Shown here: positions 1 through 8,348 of the stretch, in pieces
Numbering within the stretch: position 1 is the first letter of the stretch
Layout: each line of letters opens with the position of its first letter
Assembly: GCF_900095195.1 (NCBI RefSeq)
Contig: NZ_LT606950.1
Location: 1,087,207-1,119,206, forward strand
Direction of reading: 5' to 3'
Source of the DNA: Polynucleobacter necessarius
GTDB taxonomy: Bacteria > Pseudomonadota > Gammaproteobacteria > Burkholderiales > Burkholderiaceae
Length of the DNA: 32,000 nt
The notes under the pieces: generated by a model
Database searches by the model: none
Told to the model about the DNA's origin: nothing
What the model saw: the letters and a program-made list of their open reading frames with translations, nothing else
Translations under genes and position numbers: made by a program

Positions 1-1
1 T

Positions 2-97
2 TGCGGCTGCAAAGAACCTCCAGAGGCCTGGGGCGCTGATTTTGTGATTCATGCACCGCTTGAACTGTTACAAATCATCTTCCCCAATAGGGAATAA
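2..97 (+). CDS. 3' end of a CDS that begins upstream of the window; product not identifiable
   Basis: This frame is open from the window edge to TAA at 95-97 (...CGCKEPPEAWGADFVIHAPLELLQIIFPNRE*). It is too short for a family call. Confidence 0.3.
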   Translation, partial: CGCKEPPEAWGADFVIHAPLELLQIIFPNRE

Positions 98-107
98 GCC
101 AAAGTTA

Positions 108-138
108 TTGCACAATTTAAGGCTACTCGCCTTAAAAT
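108..138 (+). promoter_or_regulatory. candidate sigma70-type promoter for ssrA
   Basis: TTGCAC at 108-113 and TAAAAT at 133-138, about 25 bp upstream of the mature tmRNA 5' end. The 19-bp spacer is longer than optimal. Confidence 0.25.
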
Positions 139-161
139 AGACCCTCCAATGCATGCACTTC

Positions 162-520
162 GGGGTCGACATGGTTTCGACGTAGATTACAAAGCATCAA
201 GGGCATACCGAGAACCCGTTATCTCGTAAATCAATGGGAATGTAATAACTGCTAACGACGAACGTTACGCACTAGCCGCTTAATTGCGGTTGCCCCTGAA
301 CTGATTCTCTCTTGGGTCAGGTAGCGCAAGCTACATCAGGGTCATATACAAGAGATAAGGCTATTTTGCGTCACGAAGAATAGTTCGAAAACCAAGTGAA
401 TCGTCAGCGAGAAACGTGTCAATCCGTGCCTCATTGATTAAATCAAACGATATGACTAAGTATGTAGAACTTGTTGTAGAGGATTTGCGGACGCGGGTTC
501 GATTCCCGCCGACTCCACCA
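162..520 (+). ncRNA. ssrA: tmRNA (transfer-messenger RNA)
   Basis: The 5' end GGGGTCGACATGGTTTCGACG pairs with the 3' end CGACTCCACCA to form an acceptor stem with G3-U. A T-arm GGGTTCGATTCCCGC is present. The internal tag reading frame GCT AAC GAC GAA CGT TAC GCA CTA GCC GCT TAA (251-283) encodes ANDERYALAA*. Confidence 0.95.
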
Positions 521-530
521 ATTTAATAAG

Positions 531-560
531 TCCCTCTGATTCTTAGAGGGGCTTTGTTTT
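531..560 (+). terminator. rho-independent terminator after ssrA
   Basis: Stem CCCTCT (532-537) and AGAGGG (545-550) with loop GATTCTT, followed by GCTTTGTTTT. It overlaps the last codons of the convergent methyltransferase pseudogene. Confidence 0.7.
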
Positions 561-1731
561 AATAGCTAAACGCCACAATGTGGTGACCTCTTTAGCTCTA
601 GCAGAGTAAAGCGCATCGGTTTTATCAAACACTTTTGGATGATGAGGTTTGGTATCCATGCGAGCAACCACCCGTAAACCTGCATCATCAATCCAAGATA
701 GCAATTCCTCTCTTGTTCGCAATTTTAAATGTTCCGCTAAATCAGGGAGGGTTAACCAACCCTCCCCATGGGATTCCAAATGGTCTTTTAAGCCAATACA
801 ACATTTGACTATCTTGGTCATAAACAGCTTGCTCCAGTAAAGAACTAGGTCGGGCGGGCAACCAAGGCGGATTGCAAATCACCAGTGCAGCCCTTCCATC
901 TGGGAATGGATGGGTATTTAGAATCTGGATCCGCGACTCCATTCTCAAACGCTGAATGTTTTCTAGAGCGCAAGCAATCGCCCGCTCATTCAAATCGGTT
1001 CCGATGATCTTTTGAATGCCACGTAATGCCAATACAACTGATAGAACGCCAGTTCCAACACCGATATCGAAAGCAGTCGGCGCCCCTCAAGCGCTGCAGA
1101 CAGCGGCGCCTTGAGGACGAGCTCAATGTATTCGCCGCGAATGGGTGAAAACACGCCATAGTGTGGATGAATCCGAATTTCATCCTCCTCCTCTCACTAA
1201 GATGGGAACACCCTTCTTGCGCCACTCATGAGCACTGATAACGCCGAGCAATTCTCGAAGTGAAACAACATAAGACTCTTGTTGCACCCCATAAGCCTCA
1301 AGACAAGCTTGAGTTACTTCAGGAGTACGACGCAACGAGATGCTGTGATCAGCATTTATCTGAATCAGCAGCATTCCTAGAATGCGTGCACGCTACGATT
1401 GAGAAAGTCGATGCAGATTAAATGTTTCTAAGGGGCTTTTATTCTTATCAAGATCCTTTTTTTGACTGGCGCGCTGTGATTTTTTCGATGACCTATCTAC
1501 CCTCCTTACTAAGGCCTGCAAAAGCTGTCGAGCATTTTGAAAATCTCCACGGTAGAGGATCGCAGTTCCCTCGCATGCCAGGCGATAAGCCGCATCTGCC
1601 GTTAACGTATCGTCGCCAATCTGAATTTTTTTATGTGGCGCAATTCTATTTTCGGAGTGCCATTTTGCTGAACAAGTTTCGGAGTGCCATTTTGCTGAAC
1701 AAGTTTCGGAGTGCTCTTCCCAGGAAATCAT
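543..1731 (-). pseudogene. class I SAM-dependent methyltransferase (NPPW motif), disrupted
   Basis: Fragments 1393-1791, 1180-1374, 742-1032 and 543-821 join into one protein. Its landmarks are ...IRIHPHYGVFSPIRGEYIELV...FDIGVGTGVLS...IGTDLNERAI...LVICNPPWLPA...GEGWLTLPDLAEHL. There is an in-frame TAG at 1393-1395, and at least three frame changes near 1190, 1085 and 800-830. Confidence 0.8.
1650..1714. repeat. 27-bp tandem repeat, about 2.4 copies
   Basis: TTTCGGAGTGCCATTTTGCTGAACAAG occurs at 1650-1676 and 1677-1703, with a partial third copy at 1704-1714. On the minus strand it is in frame and gives HSETCSAKW HSETCSAKW HSE in the methyltransferase N-terminus. Confidence 0.95.
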
Positions 1732-1741
1732 GAGCGCTTTA

Positions 1742-2593
1742 TCAAAAACGATTGTTTTGGTAATCGTCAATCGCCTGTTCAATTTCAGCACGGGTATTCA
1801 TAACAAATGGACCGTATTGAACAATAGGCGCATGTAGAGGAAAGCTGCCAATACAATGAATTGAGCGCCCTCATCGCCTGCCCTCACCTTTAGTAAATCA
1901 CCATCGCCCAAAATAATCGCCGCTTGTTTTGGTGCCGCCCTCATCGGGCCGCCCACTTCTAAATCACCTTCGTAAATATAGATAAATGCATTCAGCTCTT
2001 TTGGGATTCGATGCTCAAAATCAGTATGTGCTGGCAAGTGCACATCTAAGAAAAGGGTGCTGTAGTGATGCCTTGAACAGGTCCCCGAATACCCACCATC
2101 ACTTTCATAAGCGCCTGCAATGACTTTTGCAGCACCTCCATTCACCAAGGATACCGAAGGAATATCTTCCACCTGAATATCTTTATAACCTGCTGGCTTC
2201 ATCTTCTCGTTTGCGGGCAAGTTGATCCACAATTGAAAACCTCGCATCGCGCCCGAAACCTGTTGCGGCATCTCAGAATAAATAATTTCGCGTCCTGCAG
2301 TCATCCACTGCACGCCACCCGCTTTTAAGATGCCCCTGATTTCCCAAGTGGTCCTCATGCGGCATATGACCTTTTAGCATATAGGTTACCGTCTCAAAAC
2401 CACGATGAGGGTGCGGTGGGAAACCAGCAACATAATCATTGGGATCATTGGATGAAAACTCATCCAACATGAGAAATGGATCCAGCCTTACTTGATTTTG
2501 TCCACCCAAACTTCTGCGCAGCTTTACACCTGCACCATCTGAAGTCGCAATGCCAGGAATGATGGTTTGAATATTTCGAATCATCTTGGCCAA
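1742..2593 (-). pseudogene. pirin family protein, frameshifted
   Basis: The N-terminus reads ...DPFLMLDEF...GFPPHPHRGFETVTYML.GH..HEDHLGNQGHLK (2273-2593). The middle is fragment 1798-2358. The true C-terminus ...PIVQYGPFVMNTRAEIEQAIDDYQNNRF* is in a third reading and ends at 1742-1744. Frame changes lie near 2323-2326 (extra A in an A-run on the coding strand) and near 1848. Confidence 0.85.
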
Positions 2594-2614
2594 GAGTTCA
2601 TATCTGCAGGCATC

Positions 2615-3166
2615 TTAAGCTGGCGGATGATCTTCGGGATTGACGTCCAAGGCAATCAAAAAGCGAGACACCATGTTGTAGGCAGCAACTACAGTGACTA
2701 ACTCAACAGTATCGGTATTACCTAAAGTTGCTTGTAATCGCTTCATGAGTGCTGGATCCACTTTGATATTGCGGGTCATTTGATACGACAAATCGGCCGC
2801 ATCATTCTCCACCTGAGAAAACAGGTCTCGCGGAAATTGGCTTTGCCCAATCAATCGCAATGCTTGCACTTGTTCTTCAGTGCCCCCAGCCTTCTTAAAA
2901 AGGGGTGCATGGTGAAAAAACTCGTATTCAGCACCGTTGAGCACAGCTACTACACACATTGCCAACTCTCGCAGTTTGGGATCCAAGGAGAGATTATTGC
3001 GAATCTCTCCGATGAAATGATTCCATCCCTCGGCGATGGGAATGCTGTGTAACAGCATGCGATCGAGGTTAATAAATTGACCGCCACGACGCTGACGAAT
3101 CGCAGCCACCAAATCTGCTGGTTCAGCCAAATCCATCGGCTGATACGGAATTAGACATTCAGACAT
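2615..3166 (-). CDS. carboxymuconolactone decarboxylase (AhpD-like) family protein
   Basis: Uninterrupted 183-aa ORF with a CMD-family look (...ELAMCVVAVLNGAEYEFFHHAPL...). It lies 9 bp downstream of the Bug gene on the same strand. Confidence 0.8.
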   Translation of the reverse strand: MSECLIPYQPMDLAEPADLVAAIRQRRGGQFINLDRMLLHSIPIAEGWNHFIGEIRNNLSLDPKLRELAMCVVAVLNGAEYEFFHHAPLFKKAGGTEEQVQALRLIGQSQFPRDLFSQVENDAADLSYQMTRNIKVDPALMKRLQATLGNTDTVELVTVVAAYNMVSRFLIALDVNPEDHPPA

Positions 3167-3175
3167 AAGCGCTTT

Positions 3176-4177
3176 CTATTGGGCAGCTTCTTTAATATTA
3201 TTTTCAATTACGAACTTACCCCAGATACCAATTTGCTTACCAATAAATTCACGTGCAGACTCAGGCGTACCCCCAACAATTTCAATGCCTTGTGATTTCA
3301 ATTTCTCGGCAATAGCTGGGGTTTTCAGCGCTTTATTCAAAGCCTTATTCATGGAATCGATGATTGGCTGTGGCGTTTTTCCTGGCGCTAACACCGCCCA
3401 CCACGCAGGAGCACTAAATCCAGGGAATCCGCCCTCTGAAATCGTAGGCACATCTGGTAATGAAGGAGATCGTTTTGCAGTCGTGATTACCAACGGAATT
3501 ACACCCTTGTTGTCAATATGTGGCTTTACTAAAAACTCTGACCCGACCGCTAACTCTACCTGACCACCCAGAGCATCTTGCATCAATGGGCCGCCGCCTC
3601 GATAAGGGATGTGGTTCCAGTCAAATCCTGCCTGTTTGGCAAGTCGAGCCATAGCCAAGTGTCCCAGACTACCAATACCAATTGAGCCGTAGCTAAATTT
3701 CTTACCGGCTTTAGATTGCTCTACCAACTGCTTAAAACTGGTAATACCAGAATTCTTGCTAGCTACTAATACCATCGGCGAAGTGCCCACTAAGATCACA
3801 GGCGCAATGTCTTTTATGGTGTCGTAAGGAAGCTTGTCTTTTAGACTTGGATTAACGCCATGCGTATCAAAAACTACGGCGAAGGTGTAACCATCCGGAT
3901 CGGAGCGGGTCATTGCTGAAGTACCAATCACCCCAGACGCACCGCCAATATTCTCAACGATCACGTTTTGCTTTAACTCGTTTTGCAACGCAGGCGTCAA
4001 AATTCGGGCAACCTGATCAACGGATCCACCAGGAGGAAAAACCGCAATAAACCGGATGGGTTTTTGTGTCGGCCATGCACCACCCCCTGCAGATTGAGCA
4101 AAGGATACATTGCTCGCCCCCAAAACACACAACGCAAATATCAGGGCTCTTTTGACCTTTTTTAGTAAATCCAGCAT
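3176..4177 (-). CDS. Bug family (TctC-like) tripartite tricarboxylate transporter substrate-binding protein, intact
   Basis: Uninterrupted 333-aa ORF with a signal peptide (...ASNVSFAQ). Family hallmarks are present: PIRFIAVFPPGGSVD, DPDGYT, SYGSIGIGSLGHLA, IPYRGGGP and PDVPT. Confidence 0.9.
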   Translation of the reverse strand: MLDLLKKVKRALIFALCVLGASNVSFAQSAGGGAWPTQKPIRFIAVFPPGGSVDQVARILTPALQNELKQNVIVENIGGASGVIGTSAMTRSDPDGYTFAVVFDTHGVNPSLKDKLPYDTIKDIAPVILVGTSPMVLVASKNSGITSFKQLVEQSKAGKKFSYGSIGIGSLGHLAMARLAKQAGFDWNHIPYRGGGPLMQDALGGQVELAVGSEFLVKPHIDNKGVIPLVITTAKRSPSLPDVPTISEGGFPGFSAPAWWAVLAPGKTPQPIIDSMNKALNKALKTPAIAEKLKSQGIEIVGGTPESAREFIGKQIGIWGKFVIENNIKEAAQ

Positions 4178-4261
4178 GGATTGTCTCCTTTAGATAAGAC
4201 CTCAAGGTTACCACCGCTAAGGCCGATTTGCTCGATAATACTGAGGGAGCCATAGAAACCA

Positions 4262-5110
4262 ATGAAGTCGATTTTAAATATTGCCGCTTATTTATTTGTG
4301 ACCCTTGATGGGTTACCGGAATTGCGCGCAAAAATGTTGCATGAGTGTCATGAGCGCGATATTAAAATACTATCTTGCTCGCTGGTGAAGGCATCAATAT
4401 GTTTCTTGCTGTGCATTGCGCGGCTTTTTAGACTGACTACGCAGTGACCCCCGCTTTGCCCCCTTAGAAGCAAAAGAGAGTTGGTCTGAGGAGCAGCCTT
4501 TTCATAAGATGCTGATCAAAATTAAAAATGAAATTATTCGCATGAATCACCCGGCGATTCAACCGGAAAAGGGTCGTGCAAATTTTATTTCTCCAAAAAA
4601 ATTACAAGAATGGCTTGATCGTGGCACAGATGATCTTGGGCGACCCGTAATGATGGTGGTACCCGCAATGCATTTGAGGTTGAATACGGGACTTTTGAAA
4701 ATGCACTGCACTTTAATATTGAAAAATTCACCGAGTTTCCAGCCGCCATCTCAGCCCACAAAGAAAAGTTGATCGACAAAACTTTGGTGAGCTTTTGCAC
4801 TGGTGGCATTCGCTGTGAAAAATCAGGGTTATACATGCGAGAAATTGGGATGGAGCACAGTTACCAATTAGAAGGCGGCATCCTCAAGTACTTTGAAGAG
4901 GTCGGGTCAGCCCACTACAGTGGAAGTTGTTTTGTTTTTGATGGGCGCGAGGCTCTAGAGCCCGATTTCAGTATTACGCCAACTGAACGTACCATCCGAC
5001 GAAAAGCAAAAGCGTCTTCATCTCCCAAAAAAACTAATAGTTTTTTAAGTCCAGCAATAATTCATATAACTTCTCAGCAGCGGGTGCGAGACTACGACCT
5101 TTCTTACTAA
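4262..5110 (+). pseudogene. trhO: rhodanese-domain tRNA uridine(34) hydroxylase (UPF0176/YceA family), multiply frameshifted; 3' boundary uncertain
   Basis: ILNIAAYLFVTLDGLPELR...(4262-), PFHKMLIKIKNEII...ISPKKLQEWLD (4509-) and ...[18 protein letters not shown]...[11 protein letters not shown]...CFVFDGR (4769-) lie in different frames. They are joined by [21 protein letters not shown] in yet another frame. Confidence 0.75.
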
Positions 5111-5721
5111 TTAATCCAATTCGCCGCGAAACAACTGGATCTACTAACGTTATGCTTGCAAGGACCGGATGCTCTTTACTAGGCATGGCTAAAGATGGCA
5201 CCACAGCAATTCCCATTCCGGCCTCAACCAAACCCAGAAGCGTAGTGACATGCTGTGCCTCATAAATGATATTGGGCGCCTGTGACTTTCCAGCTAAAGC
5301 AAGGTCAATCAACATTCGATTGCCCGAGGATTTTGAGACCGACATGAAGTCATATTTACTGACCTCCTGCCAAGTGACCTTTTTCTTCTTACTCAGAACA
5401 TGATCTTTACGATGGAACGCACGCGATGGTGATTTCGCCCATCCGCACCCCACCAACCCCCTCAATTCCTAAGAGCGCCTCATCAAGCCCCTCTAAAAGC
5501 ACCTTCGCCTTTTTTGCAAAACCCATTCCAATAGAGGTGAGCTCCATATTTCGGGTATCGCGATCAATGAGCCTTACCCCCAACGCAGACTCGAGCTTTT
5601 CGATTCGACGGCTGAATGCGGGTTGTGAAATATTGACCGATTCTGCAGCTTTCCTGAAGCTCTTAATTTCAGCAACAGCCAAAAAGGCTTGCAGATCATG
5701 CAAATCAAAGTTAATAGCCAT
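5034..5721 (-). pseudogene. LysR family transcriptional regulator with internal deletion and frame change
   Basis: An N-terminal HTH (LHDLQAFLAVAEIKSFRKAAESVNISQPAFSRRIEKLE) is in fragment 5407-5721. The C-terminal effector domain (...YEAQHVTTLLGLVEAGMGIAVVP...) is in fragment 5034-5465. The frames differ and the total is only about 228 codons, against about 300 typical for the family. Confidence 0.8.
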
Positions 5722-5736
5722 AGTATTTATTTGTTA

Positions 5737-5766
5737 ATTGCATTAATACTTAATAATATTGCATTA
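5737..5766. promoter_or_regulatory. candidate operator in the LysR/Bug divergent intergenic region
   Basis: The 9-mer ATTGCATTA occurs at 5737-5745 and 5758-5766, with starts 21 bp apart. It sits between the LysR start (5721, minus) and the Bug start (5833, plus). The first copy lies within TTAATTGCATTAA, a T-N11-A-like element. Confidence 0.3.
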
Positions 5767-5832
5767 TACAAAATGAAATAAAAGCGCAAAAATCGCAGCA
5801 AGTATCAAAATTAAACTTTCTGGAGACAATTC

Positions 5833-6630
5833 ATGAGATCCAAACTCAAAACTGCATTGCTTTGCGTACTTTGTGTGCCAGCATTTTTAGTCACTACAAC
5901 GCTTGCTCAAAACTACCCTAGCAAAACAATTACGATCGTCGTGCCAACGGCACCAGGCGGCGCAAATGACGCTATGGCCAGAATCCTTGCCCAAGGACCA
6001 AGTCAAAAAATGGGGCAGCCTGTCATTGTCGACAATAAGCCCGTCGCCAATGGCGCAATCGCTACTGAGTTTGTAGCAAGAGCAGCCCCTGATGGCTACA
6101 CCATCCTTTTTGGTTACATAGCAACTCATGGAATTAATCCTGCGCTGCAAAAGTTGAAATATGACCCCATCGCAGATTTTGGGCCAATTGGTATTGGTTG
6201 CAAATTCTCCAACGCTGTTAGTGGCTACAAACAGTTTGCCCGTGAACAACGCTAAAGAATTGGTAGCGCTACTAAAAGCAAAACCCGACAGTATCAGCTA
6301 TGCATCCGCAGGAAAAGGCACTGCGCCACATCTAGCAGCAGAACTATTTCAGATAAATACCGGTACACATATGTTGCACGTTTGGTAATACGGTTGATCG
6401 TTTATCGCCTGCAATCCCAAGAGCCTTTAGTTTCCCGCCAGTAACTTGAGGGTAGGCACTGAATAAACTTGGGAACATTACTTAGGTAGTGCCCCCAATG
6501 GTATCGACGATGGCTGGTGCGGATCCCCTATACGGGACGTGCCAACCCTTAAAGAACAAGGCATTCCAAATATGAATGCACACAGTGATATGCATTATTT
6601 GCGCCTGCAAAAACGCCTAAACCTATCGTT
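5833..6630 (+). pseudogene. Bug family (TctC-like) substrate-binding protein: frameshifted, internally inverted, 3'-truncated
   Basis: Signal peptide plus ...ITIVVPTAPGGANDAMAR...APDGYTILFGY (5833-), then a frame change near 6190. ...ISYASAGKGTAPHLAAELF...HMLHV runs to 6381. The next 53 codons are on the opposite strand (6382-6536). It resumes at (V)PTLKEQGIPNMNA, changes frame, and FAPAKTPKPIV ends near 6630. Confidence 0.85.
6382..6536 (-). other. 155-bp in-place inverted segment of the Bug pseudogene
   Basis: The reverse complement reads (V)PYRGSAPAIVDTIGGTT*VMFPSLFSAYPQVTGGKLKALGIAGDKRSTVLP(N). This is the part of the Bug protein expected between ...HMLHV and VPTLKEQ. It is flanked by GCACGT (6376-6381) and ACGTGC (6537-6542). 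Confidence 0.85.
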
Positions 6631-7252
6631 TGGATCGTCCATTGGGGCTGCTCATGACTCCATTCCCACGCGGTTGAGTCAAGGGCAAACATTCGATGTG
6701 TTTGTCTTGGCAGGCTCCGCACTAGATACTTTTATTCAGGCCGGCAAAATCAAAAATGGCACTCGGGTAGACCTAGTTTCATCCCAGATTGCAGCAGCAG
6801 TTCGAGAGGGTGATCCGGTCTCAGATCTCGACTCCCTGGATTCATTTAAAGAATCGTTGCTTACCCATGGAAGAATTGCGTATTCAGCCAGTGCCAGTGG
6901 AACCTATCTTTCTACCGAGCTCTTTCCTAAATTGGGTATTTCTGAAGAGATGTCTGTAAAAGCGCAGAAAATTTTTAGCGAAAGGGTTGGAACCATCCTG
7001 ATGCGCAATGAAGCCGACCCTGGATTCCAGCAAATGAGCGAGCTGTTGCCAATTAAAGGTATCAAGATCATCGAAGATCTTCCCCCGGAGGCCCAGAGAT
7101 CATTTTTCTTTTCAGCAGGCAATGGAAGCGATACAAAGAATGAGGAGCGTGCGCGACATCTCATTGAGATTCTGGCATCCCCTGCGGTTGCAGATAACAT
7201 TCGCCAGACTGGCTTAAAACCAGTCCTCGCAAAAGCGCCCTGGCTAAGCTAA
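6631..7252 (+). pseudogene. ModA-like periplasmic substrate-binding protein (PBP2 fold), 5'-truncated remnant
   Basis: ...FDVFVLAGSALDTFIQAGKI..TRVDLVSSQIAAAVREGDP...IAYSASASGTYLSTELFPKLGI...GFQQMSELLPIKGIKIIEDLPPEAQ...FSAG...LASPAVADNIRQTGLKP. The signal peptide and about the first 50 residues are missing. The fragment is fused directly to the Bug remnant. Confidence 0.6.
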
Positions 7253-7268
7253 ATACGCTTGCCTGCCG

Positions 7269-7292
7269 AATATCTTGTGCGCACAAGATATT
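7269..7292. repeat. perfect 24-bp palindrome in an intergenic region
   Basis: AATATCTTGTGC|GCACAAGATATT lies 17 bp after the ModA-like stop and about 80 bp before the next Bug start. No T-tract follows. Confidence 0.95.
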
Positions 7293-7372
7293 GAATGGAG
7301 CTTAGATCCCAAGCATTAGATTGCAGTTTCAAATATGATTAAGGATCATCAACCATGATTCCTATTTGAAAC

Positions 7373-8348
7373 ATGCCAGCCCAAAAAAACCTTCTCAAGC
7401 ATGGAATTGCTGCGCTACTCTGCCTCATCGCAACCACATTGAGTGCTCAAAGCTATCCCACGCAACTCATTAAAATTGTTGTGGGATTCTCTCCTGGCGA
7501 AGTTCCAGATATCGCAGCAAGAATAATTGGCCAGCATATGAGTGAAAACTGGAAGCAGCCAGTCGTAGTAGAAAATAAACTTGGTGCTGGGAGCAATATC
7601 GCTGCTTAGCTTGTTGCTAACGCACCTTCGGATGGCTACACCCTTCTCTCCATTTCTTCAGATTTTGCAATTTCACCGGCCATTTATCCCTCGTTAGCAT
7701 TTGATCCATTAAAAGACTTTTCAGGAATTACCTTAACAGCTACTGGACCTGCGCTAGTCCTGATATCTCCTAACTTAAAAATCAACAACGTAAAAGAGTT
7801 GGTCGAATATGCCGTCAAAAATCCAGGCAAAGTGACTTACAGTTCAGCGGGTGTTGGAAGCGGCTCTCACTTTGCAGCAGAGCTAATACAAGCCAAGACC
7901 GGTGCCGAGTTATTGCACATTCCCACAAAGAGAATTCCCGATGGAATCACCGAAGCAATGTCTGGAAGAGTTGATTTTTTTATCAGCCCCTATGCCAGCG
8001 CCATCAATTTGGTGAAGTCCGGAAAGGTTCGAGCGATTGCGATCACCAGTACCAAACGGTTTAAAGATTTACCCAACCTACCAACCGTATCAGAATTAGG
8101 TATTCCTGGCTATAAATGAGAATTCTGGTATGGCTTGGTTGCGCCCGCCAAAACACCAAAATCCATCCTTCAAAAAAATTGCTTCTGAGGTCAAGCACAT
8201 TCTTGAACTACCCTCGGTTAAGGAACGTTTTGATGAATTAGGTACAACCGCAGTTTCAAGCACACCCGATCAATTTGACAAATTGATAGCCACCGGAGTC
8301 ATCGAGTTCTCGCGATTAGCAAAATTGTCAGGCATTAAATCTGAGTAA
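7373..8348 (+). pseudogene. Bug family (TctC-like) substrate-binding protein with two in-frame stops and a frameshift
   Basis: The signal peptide and most of the protein (to GIPGYK) are in one frame, interrupted by TAG at 7607-7609 and TGA at 8117-8119. The frame changes in the A7 run at 8172-8178 (...TPKSILQK / KIASEVKHILELP...). Confidence 0.85.

Noticed and set aside
1078-1112. GC-rich imperfect palindrome (GGCGCCCCTCAAGCGC...GCGGCGCCTTGAGG) inside the methyltransferase remnant
   Set aside because: It is imperfect, lies inside coding sequence, and sits next to one of the frame changes. It is more likely a by-product of local sequence than a functional element.
521-2600. Possible genomic island integrated at the tmRNA 3' end
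   Set aside because: There is no integrase or recombinase. I could find no direct repeat of the ssrA 3' end downstream. The adjacent genes are ordinary, decayed housekeeping-type genes.
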